Below the pieces are notes generated by a model that ran no database searches, was not told the DNA's origin, and saw only the letters and a list, made by a program, of their open reading frames with translations. From contig CAZKBR010000001.1 of assembly GCA_964551465.1 (NCBI GenBank), positions 11,768-75,767 on the forward strand: 64,000 bases of DNA. Reading direction: 5' to 3'. Source of the stretch: an uncultured Candidatus Bathyarchaeia archaeon (GTDB lineage Archaea > Thermoproteota > Bathyarchaeia > RBG-16-48-13 > JAGMEO01). Made by a program: the position numbers and the translations under genes. This document shows positions 1 through 9,985 of the stretch, piece by piece; positions within the stretch are counted from its first letter, which is position 1; each line of letters opens with the position of its first letter.

Positions 1-157
1 GTAGCGTGTTGAGGGCTTTATAAACCTTACCTTAAGTCAGACTATGTTTTGCTAGATGCATTGTACGCGACAAGGCAAAGGCATGTAGCTTACAACCAAG
101 TTTCAACATGTAGATCCTGATGAGTTACCGAAAACGTGTTTTGCCCGATAAATGTGT

Positions 158-853
158 TCACTTTGTGCTTTTTGAAACTATCAATTCATGTGCCTTGTCG
201 TATGGCTCCAGTTTTATCTCTTCCTTTATGGTGAACCCGAGCTTTTCCAGCGTTTCTTTTTCCATCTTGTAGATCTTTTTCAGCGATTTTATTGCATCTA
301 TGCTTCTGGCCTTCACAGCCAGAATCGCCCACCCATCTTCCTTCAGATACATGCGAGCATTCTCAGCGAGGATCAATGCTTGTTCCGGCTGGGCTACATC
401 ACAGTATATGACATCAACCGACCCGACGAGCATTCTATAGACCTCTGGGTTTCGCGCATCCGCGAGGATTGGAAGCATGTTCTCTCTGTATTTGCAGACC
501 CTTACGATCAGCTCTCTGAAAGCGCGTGGTGCAAACTCAACGCAGTAGACACTCCCCCTAAATCCGACAATGTCTGAGATGTGACTGGACGTTGTTCCAG
601 TCGCCGCGCCCAAGTATAGAACGCTATCTCCCTCATCTATTGGCATGTTCCTAAGACCGTTCAGAACAGCTGCAGCCAGCTTGCTTCTGAAGGGGTTCCA
701 CAATCGGTATTCAACTCCACAGGATCTGACTAGACGCTCCCCGTACACAGCCCTCCCTAGAGTTAGGTTTCTTGTCGCAAGGCGCTCTTCTTCCTCCAAA
801 GGTATCCAATAGAACCCGTGAAACTTCTCGTGGGGCTTAACTTGCAGAGACAA
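158..853 (-). CDS. flpA: Fibrillarin-like rRNA/tRNA 2'-O-methyltransferase
   Basis: 231 aa. SAM-methyltransferase motifs VLYLGAATGTTSSHISD. Its start overlaps the end of a Nop56/58 gene, the conserved archaeal Nop5-fibrillarin pair. Confidence 0.9.
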   Translation of the reverse strand: MSLQVKPHEKFHGFYWIPLEEEERLATRNLTLGRAVYGERLVRSCGVEYRLWNPFRSKLAAAVLNGLRNMPIDEGDSVLYLGAATGTTSSHISDIVGFRGSVYCVEFAPRAFRELIVRVCKYRENMLPILADARNPEVYRMLVGSVDVIYCDVAQPEQALILAENARMYLKEDGWAILAVKARSIDAIKSLKKIYKMEKETLEKLGFTIKEEIKLEPYDKAHELIVSKSTK

Positions 854-2051
854 AAGCTTTGTTCTCCTTCAGTTTTCTTCTTTCATCATTGCAATGATTG
901 TATGCTTCCCTAATTCCTTTGATCCTTTTGTTGAGATCTGCTCTTAACTTGCCACCGATGTTTCTTCCAGAGTAAGCATCCAATCTGGCTGCTATGGCCA
1001 GTTTCCCAGCTAAAACTCTAGCTATCTTTCCTCTTTCTCTACGTGAGGAGCCGTGGACTTCTGGGTGTTGGAAGATTATCCCATGTTTTGGAGGGCTGGC
1101 CTTTGTTCTGATAGATCTGAAGAGGGCTTTTTCAGCACCCAGTACCTGTATGGTACTAGACGGTTTCTTGGCAAGGTTTCTAAGTCCTCCAACCGCGGCA
1201 ATCAAGCGGGCTCCAAGAGTTGGACCCGCTAGGGCCTTGACATTGGGGGCGACTTCATCCATAGTCTCTCCGATGTATTGTCTAATCCCTCTTCTGGACT
1301 CGTACAGGCTCAAGGCCTTTTTAGAAAGCTCACGTATCCCAGAGATGTCGGCTTCACTGATATCGATCCCCATCGAGGATTTAGCAGCTTCAACCAATTT
1401 CTTCGCCTCATAGAGAGGCAGCCCCTCATCCCTGATTTTTTCTGCGGTGAAATCATCCCTCTCACCCAAGTCAACAACCAGCTTCAGGTATAATTCGTTT
1501 TTGTCAACGAGCCTACTGAGCTCTGGAAAGTGGAGGCCATACCACTCCCTAACCCTTCCCGAGATCATGTTGAAGATCTTATCTACTTCATCTAGGGCTG
1601 ACACAGCCTGAATTACAAGAAGGTCTTTTTCCTCACCGGCCAACTTGACCTTTGTCGTCGCTAGGAACATGGATACGTCGTACATGAGCCTCCTAACCCC
1701 CTCTGAGTCCTTTGCATAACCAGCTTCGATAACCATTCTTTCAAGATTTTGACGCAGTTTTTTCGCCGATGAGCTTGGTCTCTCAAATTCAACGTCGACA
1801 TCTATCTTCTCATGCACAGTCTTAGCCAATTGATCGCTCTCAAAAATGAAGGACGCGTACCCCAAAGCTTTAAGGTCTGAAATCAATTTTTCCAGTTCTT
1901 TTACAATTTCCCCTCTCTGGGATTCCTCGATTCTCTCAGCGATCTTCTCCGCGTTCTTGGGAAAAAGTATGCTCTTAATAAGCTCGTTATTCTCATTGAA
2001 GCCAAAAAACCCCACAATGCACTCGGCAATAGAGGCTTTCAATGTTTCCAC
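837..2051 (-). CDS. nop5: Nop56/58 (Nop5) C/D-box snoRNP protein
   Basis: 404 aa. NOP domain with coiled-coil. Immediately upstream of fibrillarin on the same strand. Confidence 0.88.
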   Translation of the reverse strand: METLKASIAECIVGFFGFNENNELIKSILFPKNAEKIAERIEESQRGEIVKELEKLISDLKALGYASFIFESDQLAKTVHEKIDVDVEFERPSSSAKKLRQNLERMVIEAGYAKDSEGVRRLMYDVSMFLATTKVKLAGEEKDLLVIQAVSALDEVDKIFNMISGRVREWYGLHFPELSRLVDKNELYLKLVVDLGERDDFTAEKIRDEGLPLYEAKKLVEAAKSSMGIDISEADISGIRELSKKALSLYESRRGIRQYIGETMDEVAPNVKALAGPTLGARLIAAVGGLRNLAKKPSSTIQVLGAEKALFRSIRTKASPPKHGIIFQHPEVHGSSRRERGKIARVLAGKLAIAARLDAYSGRNIGGKLRADLNKRIKGIREAYNHCNDERRKLKENKAFVSAS

Positions 2052-2584
2052 GTCCTATTCAAAGCCAATCCTCGGTCTATTATATGTTCTGCTCGATTTT
2101 TTATCTTTGGGTTTTTGAAGTCTTTTCTAACGTCAAATTGAATGTACCAGAGAACTAACAACGTTAAAGACTGTTTTCATCAATAGGTTTCGATCAGCGG
2201 AGAATCCTTTATTAAGGATCATTATCAATTCTATACTGGTTTCGATCTTAGCATGGAGGATATGAGCAAGAATGCCGACTCATGGTTCTCTTACGAAGGC
2301 TGGAAAGGTTAGGAGCCAAACCCCAAAAACTCCCTCAACTAACAGAAAGAGGCCTACTCCCAAATCTAGGAACCGTAGAAACTACAGGAAAAGGATTGTT
2401 TTTGGAACTAAGATTGGGCAGTACTGGTCTGGGTCAAGAAGTCGCTAATCTCAACAAAGCTATACTCTGTTGAAGCCTCAACGCTCCAACCCTGACTTAA
2501 CTTTAAAACAGAAGCGTTTCTACCCTATCTCCAGCCATCTCTCATCGAAAGTGTTCACGATCGATTTCATTTTGTAAAAGTTTA

Positions 2585-4270
2585 GTGTCAGTGAGAAAAG
2601 CTATGCAGGAAGCCATGTGCAGAGATATCATCAGACGGCTGGAGAGTGTTCCAAACCCGAGTGAGAAGGACTTAGACAGAGTAAAGTTTGATGTGTGCCG
2701 AAAGTACGGATCACGCATGCTAGGAAACAGTGAGATAATCAAGTGCTTAAATAGTGGTGAACGTGAGAGACTCCTTCCAATTCTAAAGAGGAAGGCTGTT
2801 AGGACGATCAGCGGCGTTACCGTTATAGCTGTTATGACGAAACCATTTCCGTGCCCAAAGTCCTCTCCCTGTGCTTATTGTCCGGGCGGCCCCTCAACTG
2901 GTGTACCGCAATCTTATACAGGTTGTGAGCCGGCTGCTATGAGAGGAAAGCAGAATCTCTTTGAGCCCTACCCTCAGGTCAGAAAGCGTATCGAACAGTT
3001 GGAAGCCATCGGGCATACGGTTGACAAAGCCGAGTTGATCATTATGGGAGGAACGTTCCCGGCAACTCCTCTGGAGTATCAAGAGCGATTCATTAAAGAT
3101 TGCCTAGACGCGATCACGGGGGCAAAGTCAAGTTCTTTTGAAGAGGCGAAGCAAAATGCAGAGGCAAGTATGGTCAGAAATGTGGGCATAACTGTTGAAA
3201 CAAGGCCTGATTGGGCCAAGGAAAGAGACGTAGACCGCATGCTGTCAATGGGCATTACGCGCGTGGAGTTAGGGGTCCAGAACGTGTATGACGACGTATA
3301 TGAACTTGTTGATCGGGGGCATAGTGTTGAGGATGTCGTCAAAGCCACGAGGGTACTTAAAGACTCCGGATTGAAAGTATGTTATCACATGATGCCAAAG
3401 TTGCCAGGCTCAGACTTCAAGAGGGATTTTGAGGGATTCATGAAGGTTCTTGATGATCCATCGTTCAGACCCGATATGCTGAAAATCTACCCGACGCTGG
3501 TTATACGTGGAACAAGAGTCTATGACTGGTGGCTGAAAGGCGAGTACGAACCCTACACAACAGAAGAAGCCACTGATCTCCTCGTTCAGGTCGCTAAGAT
3601 CATTCCCCCTTGGGTCAGGGTAATGAGGGTTCAGAGGGATATCCCCGCCAATCTAATAATAGCAGGGGTTAAGAAGAGCAACCTTCGACAAATCGTTTCG
3701 AGCAGGCTGAAAGGCGAAGGACTAGTCTGTCGTTGTATACGATGCAGAGAGGTTGGTCATCGATTACTGAAAGACGGAATAAAGCCAGAGGTGAAGAACA
3801 TACGGGTTTTGAGGCGCGTTTACGAGGCGTCAGAGGGGGTGGAAATCTTTATTTCTGCGGAAGATCCCATAAACGACATCCTCATCGCATACATTAGGCT
3901 GAGAATTCCTTCAGGTGAAGCACATAGACCAGAAATCAGGCTCGGGAAGGCTTCAATAATCAGGGAGCTCAGGGTTTTCGGCCCCATTGTTCCAGTTGGG
4001 AAACATCTCGACGGTGCTTGGCAGCATAAGGGTTATGGCAGAATGCTCCTCAGGGAGGCTGAAAGAGTAACGGTGGAAGAGTTTGACCTTACAAAAATTG
4101 TTGTTACAAGTGCGCTAGGAACCAAGCATTACTATATGCGTTTTGGCTATGACTACGATGGCCCATACTTATCCAAGGAACTCCAATTTCAGAAAGGGGT
4201 GAGAGATCAATCACTTAAAAACCTTTCCGGTCTCTCTGGACCAGAGGAGCAGGTCCAGTTCCTCCATTGA
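2585..4270 (+). CDS. elp3: Elongator complex protein 3 homolog (radical SAM + GNAT tRNA uridine modification enzyme)
   Basis: 561 aa. Radical-SAM Cys cluster CAYCPGG. C-terminal acetyltransferase fold QHKGYGRML. Confidence 0.88.
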   Translation: MSVRKAMQEAMCRDIIRRLESVPNPSEKDLDRVKFDVCRKYGSRMLGNSEIIKCLNSGERERLLPILKRKAVRTISGVTVIAVMTKPFPCPKSSPCAYCPGGPSTGVPQSYTGCEPAAMRGKQNLFEPYPQVRKRIEQLEAIGHTVDKAELIIMGGTFPATPLEYQERFIKDCLDAITGAKSSSFEEAKQNAEASMVRNVGITVETRPDWAKERDVDRMLSMGITRVELGVQNVYDDVYELVDRGHSVEDVVKATRVLKDSGLKVCYHMMPKLPGSDFKRDFEGFMKVLDDPSFRPDMLKIYPTLVIRGTRVYDWWLKGEYEPYTTEEATDLLVQVAKIIPPWVRVMRVQRDIPANLIIAGVKKSNLRQIVSSRLKGEGLVCRCIRCREVGHRLLKDGIKPEVKNIRVLRRVYEASEGVEIFISAEDPINDILIAYIRLRIPSGEAHRPEIRLGKASIIRELRVFGPIVPVGKHLDGAWQHKGYGRMLLREAERVTVEEFDLTKIVVTSALGTKHYYMRFGYDYDGPYLSKELQFQKGVRDQSLKNLSGLSGPEEQVQFLH

Positions 4271-4861
4271 TATATTGAGCCTCTCTGCAAGCGCCATCAT
4301 CTTCGATTCTATACTCATATATTCCTTCTTTGTAAGACTTTTTACCTCCCCTACGACGCCGAATTCCTTTAGTTTTCTCAAGATATGTCTATCTAGAATT
4401 GCTAGATTTTTTCCGAGACCAATGTTTCTTAGAAAGTGACTCGATTCTTTCATACCCACCCCCTTAACATTCTTTGTTATCCACTCTCTTAGCTGGTGAA
4501 CATCATGGAAGGATGTAAGCCGCTCTTTAATCCCAGTCTTTCCATTCTTTTTGAACATCCTCCTTGCCTCGACGATGTAACTAGCTTTACGACCGGAGAA
4601 TCTCACTCTCCTTAGAAATCGCCTTATCTGACCGACGTCTCCCTTTAGAAGCAGGTTACTCTTCTCCAAGGATGCTATGGCTTCGTCACAGAGTACGGCC
4701 TTTGATTGAGGAGTACATATACAGTAACATAGCTCTGCAAAGATTTTTTCGTCAGGCTGGTTTAGAGCATCTTCGAATTGACGAAGCTTTTTTCTAATAT
4801 CGTCCTTTTTAGTTCGGTAATACTCCATCAGCTGCTCAGCTTGAGCCACCCTTTTTTCCAT
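4211..4861 (-). CDS. Archaeal Ogg2-type 8-oxoguanine DNA glycosylase/AP lyase (HhH-GPD)
   Basis: 216 aa. HhH motif GVGMKESSHFLRNIG with catalytic Lys, and a downstream Asp in AILDRH, typical of the Ogg2/AGOG-like HhH-GPD family. Confidence 0.6.
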   Translation of the reverse strand: MEKRVAQAEQLMEYYRTKKDDIRKKLRQFEDALNQPDEKIFAELCYCICTPQSKAVLCDEAIASLEKSNLLLKGDVGQIRRFLRRVRFSGRKASYIVEARRMFKKNGKTGIKERLTSFHDVHQLREWITKNVKGVGMKESSHFLRNIGLGKNLAILDRHILRKLKEFGVVGEVKSLTKKEYMSIESKMMALAERLNISMEELDLLLWSRETGKVFK

Positions 4862-4987
4862 CGATCAATCTCATCCTCACTAATTTTAAGTGACACGTGA
4901 CCCAGTAATCTGACGAAGGCTGTAGTGCCAAAAACCCTTATTTAATAGGATTGAACTTAAATAAGATTAAACTCCTTTCTCGCTGGG

Positions 4988-5278
4988 GTGGTTTACATGC
5001 CTTCTAGAAGAAAAAGAACGGCCGAATACGAAGAGAGGATCAGGCAAGCGTCGTCCATTCTGACCACAATAAGCGAGGATAATACGACGCCTAGAAACAT
5101 TAGGCGGGCCGCGAAGGAAGCCCTGAATATGTTGTCGGATGGAAAGCTCAGCCAGGGTGTCAGAGCAGTTAACGCCATAAGCATCATGGATGACATAAGC
5201 CTTGACCCAAACATGCCCCCTTATACGAGGACGCGCATATGGAACATTGTCTCTCTTCTAGAAGTAATAAAGGAGTGA
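4988..5278 (+). CDS. UPF0147-family small archaeal protein
   Basis: 96 aa. Pattern NIRRAAKEAL...RAVNAI...DPNMPPYTRTRIWNIVSLLE matches conserved UPF0147 proteins. Confidence 0.45.
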   Translation: MVYMPSRRKRTAEYEERIRQASSILTTISEDNTTPRNIRRAAKEALNMLSDGKLSQGVRAVNAISIMDDISLDPNMPPYTRTRIWNIVSLLEVIKE

Positions 5279-5301
5279 GGTTTTTCGGGGCTATTCTAGA
5301 C

Positions 5302-5658
5302 CTAAACGCTGAGCCGCTTGGTCTTCTCTAAAGCCTCCAGCCACGACACGAGGTTCTTCAGGTAGACGCTCAGTCTTTCCTGGTTCTCCTCCTTTGTAAT
5401 TAACTCGTTAAGTTCTGTGAGCTTTCGGCAAATGGTCTGGTTTAACGAGTTGATGACCGCGTTTTGCGATACCTTTAAAGCCTCCTCCTCAGCTTTCACC
5501 ACATGCTTCTGACAGTTGGGACAGTAGAGTTCTCCGCTCTTCAACTTAAACAGAGGGGAGTCGCACGCAGGGCAGGGGATGTTGAGTAATGTTGCACCTT
5601 GCAGAAGTAGATGGGTCATCCTCTTCAGGCCTTCATCCTTACTCACAAACAACACCAC
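5302..5658 (-). CDS. Zn-ribbon protein (Sjogren/scleroderma autoantigen-1-like, COG1645)
   Basis: 118 aa. CPACDSPL...CPNCQ zinc ribbon after an N-terminal helical region. Confidence 0.4.
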   Translation of the reverse strand: MVLFVSKDEGLKRMTHLLLQGATLLNIPCPACDSPLFKLKSGELYCPNCQKHVVKAEEEALKVSQNAVINSLNQTICRKLTELNELITKEENQERLSVYLKNLVSWLEALEKTKRLSV

Positions 5659-5870
5659 TTAATTCATTAAGACCGACGACAATAATAAGGTTAAGTTCTA
5701 TTTCCAACGGTCGATCGCGACACGGATACGATTTTACTGCGGTTGAAGTTGCGGATCTAAGCAGGCATACCAATTTTTCCTTTCGATCAATCTAACACAG
5801 ATAAGCGGGGCTCAACTGTAATAAGCAAGAAAAGAGAATGCTCATCAATAGTATTTAGGAGTCCAAGCAA

Positions 5871-6470
5871 TTGAAGGGATTTCTGATCTGTATCGAAGGA
5901 ATAGATGGCTCGGGTGAGGGAACAAACGCTCGACTCCTTGTAGAGAAACTAAAGAAGGAAGGTTATGAGGTTGGATCCATATCCTTTCCAGACTATACCA
6001 CCCCGATCGGGAAGGAGATCAAAAGGTTTTTTCAGGGGAAACGTGACTTTGGCCCCGAGGTTAGGCAATGCCTTTTTGCAGCGAATAGGTGGGAGAGAAA
6101 GCCTGACATAGAGGAGTGGTTAAACGAGGAAAGAGTTATTATCGCCAACAGATACACGCCTTCTGGCTTAGTATACGGACTAGCCAACGGGCTAGATCTG
6201 GGATGGATGATGAGCCTGGAAAGAGGCTTACCACCAGCAGACATGGTCATCGTGATAGATGTTTCAGTCGACACACACTTTCAGAGAACAACTTGGAGAG
6301 ATGTCTATGAAAAAGATAGAAGTTTTCTAGAGCGCGTTAGAACCGCTTACCTAGACTTGGCTAGGAGGTTCAAATGGAAGGTTACGGATGGTGAAAGGCA
6401 AGTAGATGAGGTTGCTGGGGAAATCTGGGAGCTAACGTCCGAGATGATCAAGACTTCCTGCAAGCATTGA
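5871..6470 (+). CDS. tmk: Thymidylate kinase
   Basis: 199 aa. P-loop IEGIDGSGEGT. DRY-like NRYTPSGL and LID region. Confidence 0.8.
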   Translation: MKGFLICIEGIDGSGEGTNARLLVEKLKKEGYEVGSISFPDYTTPIGKEIKRFFQGKRDFGPEVRQCLFAANRWERKPDIEEWLNEERVIIANRYTPSGLVYGLANGLDLGWMMSLERGLPPADMVIVIDVSVDTHFQRTTWRDVYEKDRSFLERVRTAYLDLARRFKWKVTDGERQVDEVAGEIWELTSEMIKTSCKH

Positions 6471-6512
6471 GGAGCATACCAAGATTTATGAAAGAAGCGC
6501 TACAGGCGGCAT

Positions 6513-7847
6513 CTACTCTTTTGAGGTCGGAATTTTAGCCTTCTCAAAGAACATCCTTTCCCCCTTGATCGTGGCGTCTATTATCAACTTCGCAGGCGTC
6601 AACTTTGCACCTCCTTCACGCAATACGCTCATATCTAATGTCGAGCCCTTTACGTTCCTTATGATGAAATAGTCCTCAGCAGGATGAGCCCTCTCCACAA
6701 CAGCCGTTTCAACGGCCAGCGTGTCCCTGATGTCAACGTCGACGTCAACTATAATCACCCTCTTCAAGCTATAGTGGGCTGTAAGCGCAGCCATTCCTGT
6801 CAAGTACGGTTCGTTTGGATGCGTCTTCCTGATGGAGACAACAGCGTCGAGCCAGTTTGACCCCGCAGTAGAAAGAGAGACATCACAAACATTGCTGACT
6901 GACCTCACAGCGTCAAGCATCCTCGCCTCATGAGGTAAACCCATCAGTAGTTTGTGCTCCATCCCGCCTGGTAGCAGAGCCTGATAAAAGGCGTCCTCCC
7001 TCTTAGTGAGCGTACTTACCTCAAAAATAGGCTGGTCTCTGACGATGTCGTAGCAGCTAGTCACATCGACGAAGGGCCCTTCCTTAGCATGCGCAGTAAG
7101 GAATTTCCCCTCTAAAACAATCTCTGAGTAACGGGGGACTATAACATCTACGGTCTTGCAACGCACCAACTCCAGTGGGGAACCAGCGAGACCTCCCGCT
7201 ACATCGACCTCACACATCTGCCCAGGAGAAGTAGCGGCGGCGACGAGCAACTCCACTGGGGCACCGATAACTACGGCTGCCTCGAGAGGTTTCCCTTTAG
7301 ATTCAGCTTGTGTATAGAATCTGTGAAGATCTCGACCTTCTACCAACCTTGCTACAAGTCTCTTTTTCCCGATAACCATCATGCGATGATACGACGCATT
7401 CATCCTTCCTGTCTCGGGCTCCTTGGCAAGTACGATGCCACTTGTTATGTATGGTCCACCATCCTTTTCGTAATGCGTCAATATCGGCAAATCGCGGATC
7501 AGATCTACATCTTCGGCTTCCACTTCCTGACAGGCCCCGTCACTAAAGACCCTGGGCTTGACCGGTTTTTCCAAAGAAAGTATTATCTTCTCCAGAACCG
7601 CCTCAGGGGTGGTCTTCAGTCCCTTAGCCACAAACGCCCTCCTACAGCAGACGCCCCCGAAAACCTGCATTTCGTAACCCTTGACTCTCGTAAACAAGAC
7701 AGCTTTTTTGCCATCATATTTCTTAAGCATCGAAGGAATCTCATACTTCGTGGAAGCAGACGTCGAAAACTCTTCTAAGCACCCATCGTCCTGAAGAAGC
7801 TTCACAAACTCTCTCAGATCGCTTACATGCATACAGAACCCTCTCAA
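6513..7847 (-). CDS. UbiD-family decarboxylase, likely trans-anhydromevalonate 5-phosphate decarboxylase of the archaeal mevalonate pathway
   Basis: 444 aa UbiD-like protein. Divergently adjacent to both AcnX subunits; this neighbourhood identifies the alternative mevalonate pathway. Confidence 0.65.
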   Translation of the reverse strand: MRGFCMHVSDLREFVKLLQDDGCLEEFSTSASTKYEIPSMLKKYDGKKAVLFTRVKGYEMQVFGGVCCRRAFVAKGLKTTPEAVLEKIILSLEKPVKPRVFSDGACQEVEAEDVDLIRDLPILTHYEKDGGPYITSGIVLAKEPETGRMNASYHRMMVIGKKRLVARLVEGRDLHRFYTQAESKGKPLEAAVVIGAPVELLVAAATSPGQMCEVDVAGGLAGSPLELVRCKTVDVIVPRYSEIVLEGKFLTAHAKEGPFVDVTSCYDIVRDQPIFEVSTLTKREDAFYQALLPGGMEHKLLMGLPHEARMLDAVRSVSNVCDVSLSTAGSNWLDAVVSIRKTHPNEPYLTGMAALTAHYSLKRVIIVDVDVDIRDTLAVETAVVERAHPAEDYFIIRNVKGSTLDMSVLREGGAKLTPAKLIIDATIKGERMFFEKAKIPTSKE

Positions 7848-7901
7848 CTTTTATAGCCGTGCAGACCCCTTAAATCTTTTAACAAAGGAGACGAGGAAGG
7901 C

Positions 7902-8336
7902 GTGATCTTCAGAGGACGAGTCGTCCAAGGATGGATCGGTGAGATCTGTGGAAAAGTCCTGATAACCAAGTCAAAGATATCGTTCCTCGGTGACGTAGAC
8001 CTTAATACAGGGAAGATTGTAGGAACAGACTTAGACATAAAGGGAGAGAGGATATCCTCCAAAATATTCATATTCCAAGAAGGAAGAGGTAGCACAGCAG
8101 GATCCAACGTAATATACGGTCTTTCTAGAGGAGGCTTGGCACCGAAGCTAATTGCCACGCGTAGGGCAGAACTCATCACCATTTCAGGGGCCATATTCGG
8201 AGGGGTTCCGATGATCTCAAATATAGATGAAAAAATTTTCAATTTCCTAGACAACGGAAACGAAGCAAAAGCTTACATCAGGGATAATGAAGCCTGTGTA
8301 GAAGAGGTGAGCGAGGGACAAAATGTTCCTTTCTAA
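7902..8336 (+). CDS. Phosphomevalonate dehydratase small subunit (AcnX small, DUF126)
   Basis: 144 aa DUF126-like. Overlaps the start of the large subunit by 14 nt. Confidence 0.6.
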   Translation: MIFRGRVVQGWIGEICGKVLITKSKISFLGDVDLNTGKIVGTDLDIKGERISSKIFIFQEGRGSTAGSNVIYGLSRGGLAPKLIATRRAELITISGAIFGGVPMISNIDEKIFNFLDNGNEAKAYIRDNEACVEEVSEGQNVPF

Positions 8337-9543
8337 AGAAGAAGAGAATATTCTCGACGGGCAGAAGGGGTGGATCCTAGAAAGAGCGATGAGGCTTTTG
8401 ACCACGATAGGCGACCTAAACAATGCTGAGAGACTCGTCCCCATCAAGCGGTCTCAGGTGGCAGGTGTCTCGTACAGAACAGTCGGCGACCCAACCCTCC
8501 ATCTGGTGGAGGAACTCGCTAGGGAAAAAGTTAAAGTAAGGACTAAGGCAACTCAAAACCCAGCTGGAATGGACCTCAAGAGATGGAGAGAGATGGGGAT
8601 CCCAGAATGGTTCGCTGAAAAACAACTCAGGATATGTAGGGCGTACAAAAGATTGGGGGTAGAAGCATCATGCACCTGCACGCCCTACCTCTCTGGAAAC
8701 AGACCCGAGTTCGGCGAGGTTGTTGGTTTCTCGGAGTCGTCTGCTGTAGCATTCGTCAACTCGGTGGTGGGGGCGAGGACGAATAGGCATGGTGGGTTGG
8801 ATGCCTTGTCAGCCGCACTAATTGGCAAGGTTCCTTTGATGGGATATCTGCTCGACGAAAACAGGACGGGTAATGTCCACGTAAAGGTTTGTTTCAAACC
8901 TAAGAACGAAACAGACTACTCTGCCCTAGGATACTACGTCGGCAAAGAGGTCGAAACAAGCGAAGTCCCTGCATACGACGGAATAAAGGGCGCTTCTTTA
9001 GACGATCTGAAGCTCTTAGGTGCGGCCTCAGCAGCCTCAGGATCTGTCGCTCTATTTCACGTACTGGGTTTGACACCTGAGGCCAAGGACATTGGGGGTG
9101 TTTTTGGAGGAGATAAACCGAAATATAAATTGGAGGTAACAAGCGAGGAGGTACAATCCGTCTATGACGAGCTGTCAACGACAGAGGAGCCAGATCTGGT
9201 CGCAATGGGATGCCCGCACTCTTCTATTCAAGAGCTAAGAAAGATCGCAAAACTAATTTCCGGAAGAACGGTTAAGAGGGGCATCAAATTTTGGATCTTT
9301 ACCTCACCAAAAGTCTTCGAGGAAGCGAAAAAATCTGGATACGTCAGCATAATAAGATCGGCTGGAGGAGATGTTTTTTTGAACACATGCATGGTTGTAG
9401 AGCCGATCGAAGAAATAGGATTCAGATGCGTATACACAAACTCGGCTAAAGCAGCCTTCTATATTCCGAGAATAACGAAGGGCAAGTGCAAATCCAGCAT
9501 AGCACCACTTCGTACATGCATTGAAATGTGCACCACAAGTTAA
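8323..9543 (+). CDS. Phosphomevalonate dehydratase large subunit (AcnX large, DUF521 aconitase-X family)
   Basis: 406 aa aconitase-X-like, coupled to the small subunit. Confidence 0.7.
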   Translation: MFLSKEEENILDGQKGWILERAMRLLTTIGDLNNAERLVPIKRSQVAGVSYRTVGDPTLHLVEELAREKVKVRTKATQNPAGMDLKRWREMGIPEWFAEKQLRICRAYKRLGVEASCTCTPYLSGNRPEFGEVVGFSESSAVAFVNSVVGARTNRHGGLDALSAALIGKVPLMGYLLDENRTGNVHVKVCFKPKNETDYSALGYYVGKEVETSEVPAYDGIKGASLDDLKLLGAASAASGSVALFHVLGLTPEAKDIGGVFGGDKPKYKLEVTSEEVQSVYDELSTTEEPDLVAMGCPHSSIQELRKIAKLISGRTVKRGIKFWIFTSPKVFEEAKKSGYVSIIRSAGGDVFLNTCMVVEPIEEIGFRCVYTNSAKAAFYIPRITKGKCKSSIAPLRTCIEMCTTS

Positions 9544-9561
9544 AAAATAGGAGAGCCTTCA

Positions 9562-9915
9562 TTAGTTCTCCTTAATCTTGTCAAGCAATTTCTGTGCCAG
9601 CCTCATTAAAACAGATCCCACAAGGTCTCCTTTGATCTCTTTTAGATGAGTTGAGACAAGGACTATCCTGTTAAAATGAGACGAGAGTTGCTCAGCCAAT
9701 ACTTTAGTAATAATCATATTTCTTTCACCTAGGAGTACAGAGGAGACGCAAGGCCCGCCCTCAAAGTGAGGCATAGCCACAGCAAGTGTTCCCAAACGCA
9801 TGCGCCCCTTTTCGTTAAATAAAACTATAGCAGCATTTTCCACTTCAAACAGGGTAACCGTAAAGTTGTATTTACCTTCCTTTATCTCCTCACTAAAGGT
9901 TCTTGGATAAGGCAT
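9562..9915 (-). CDS. Hypothetical protein
   Basis: 117 aa ORF with reasonable coding look. No motif recognised. Confidence 0.25.
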   Translation of the reverse strand: MPYPRTFSEEIKEGKYNFTVTLFEVENAAIVLFNEKGRMRLGTLAVAMPHFEGGPCVSSVLLGERNMIITKVLAEQLSSHFNRIVLVSTHLKEIKGDLVGSVLMRLAQKLLDKIKEN

Positions 9916-9985
9916 TTTACCGTCCTATACTATATTTTTCTCGACCAAGCTTAAAACAACAACCAAAGGACTTGATTAGATAAAA

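Noticed and set aside
188-577. 129-aa plus-strand ORF, one of many 60-160 aa antisense ORFs in the track (others e.g. 994-1413, 7308-7778, 22541-23185, 41303-41650, 44002-44226)
   Set aside because: Each lies entirely inside or antisense to a well-supported conserved gene, has a low-complexity or biased translation, and has no motif. They are typical shadow ORFs of the opposite strand.
2052-2584. Long divergent intergenic region between nop5 and elp3, possibly hosting RNase P or SRP RNA; 63-aa ORF 2282-2473
   Set aside because: I found no conserved RNase P (GGAAAGTCC) or SRP helix-8 motifs, and the ORF is low-complexity. Most likely it is just divergent promoters, but I cannot fully exclude an sRNA.
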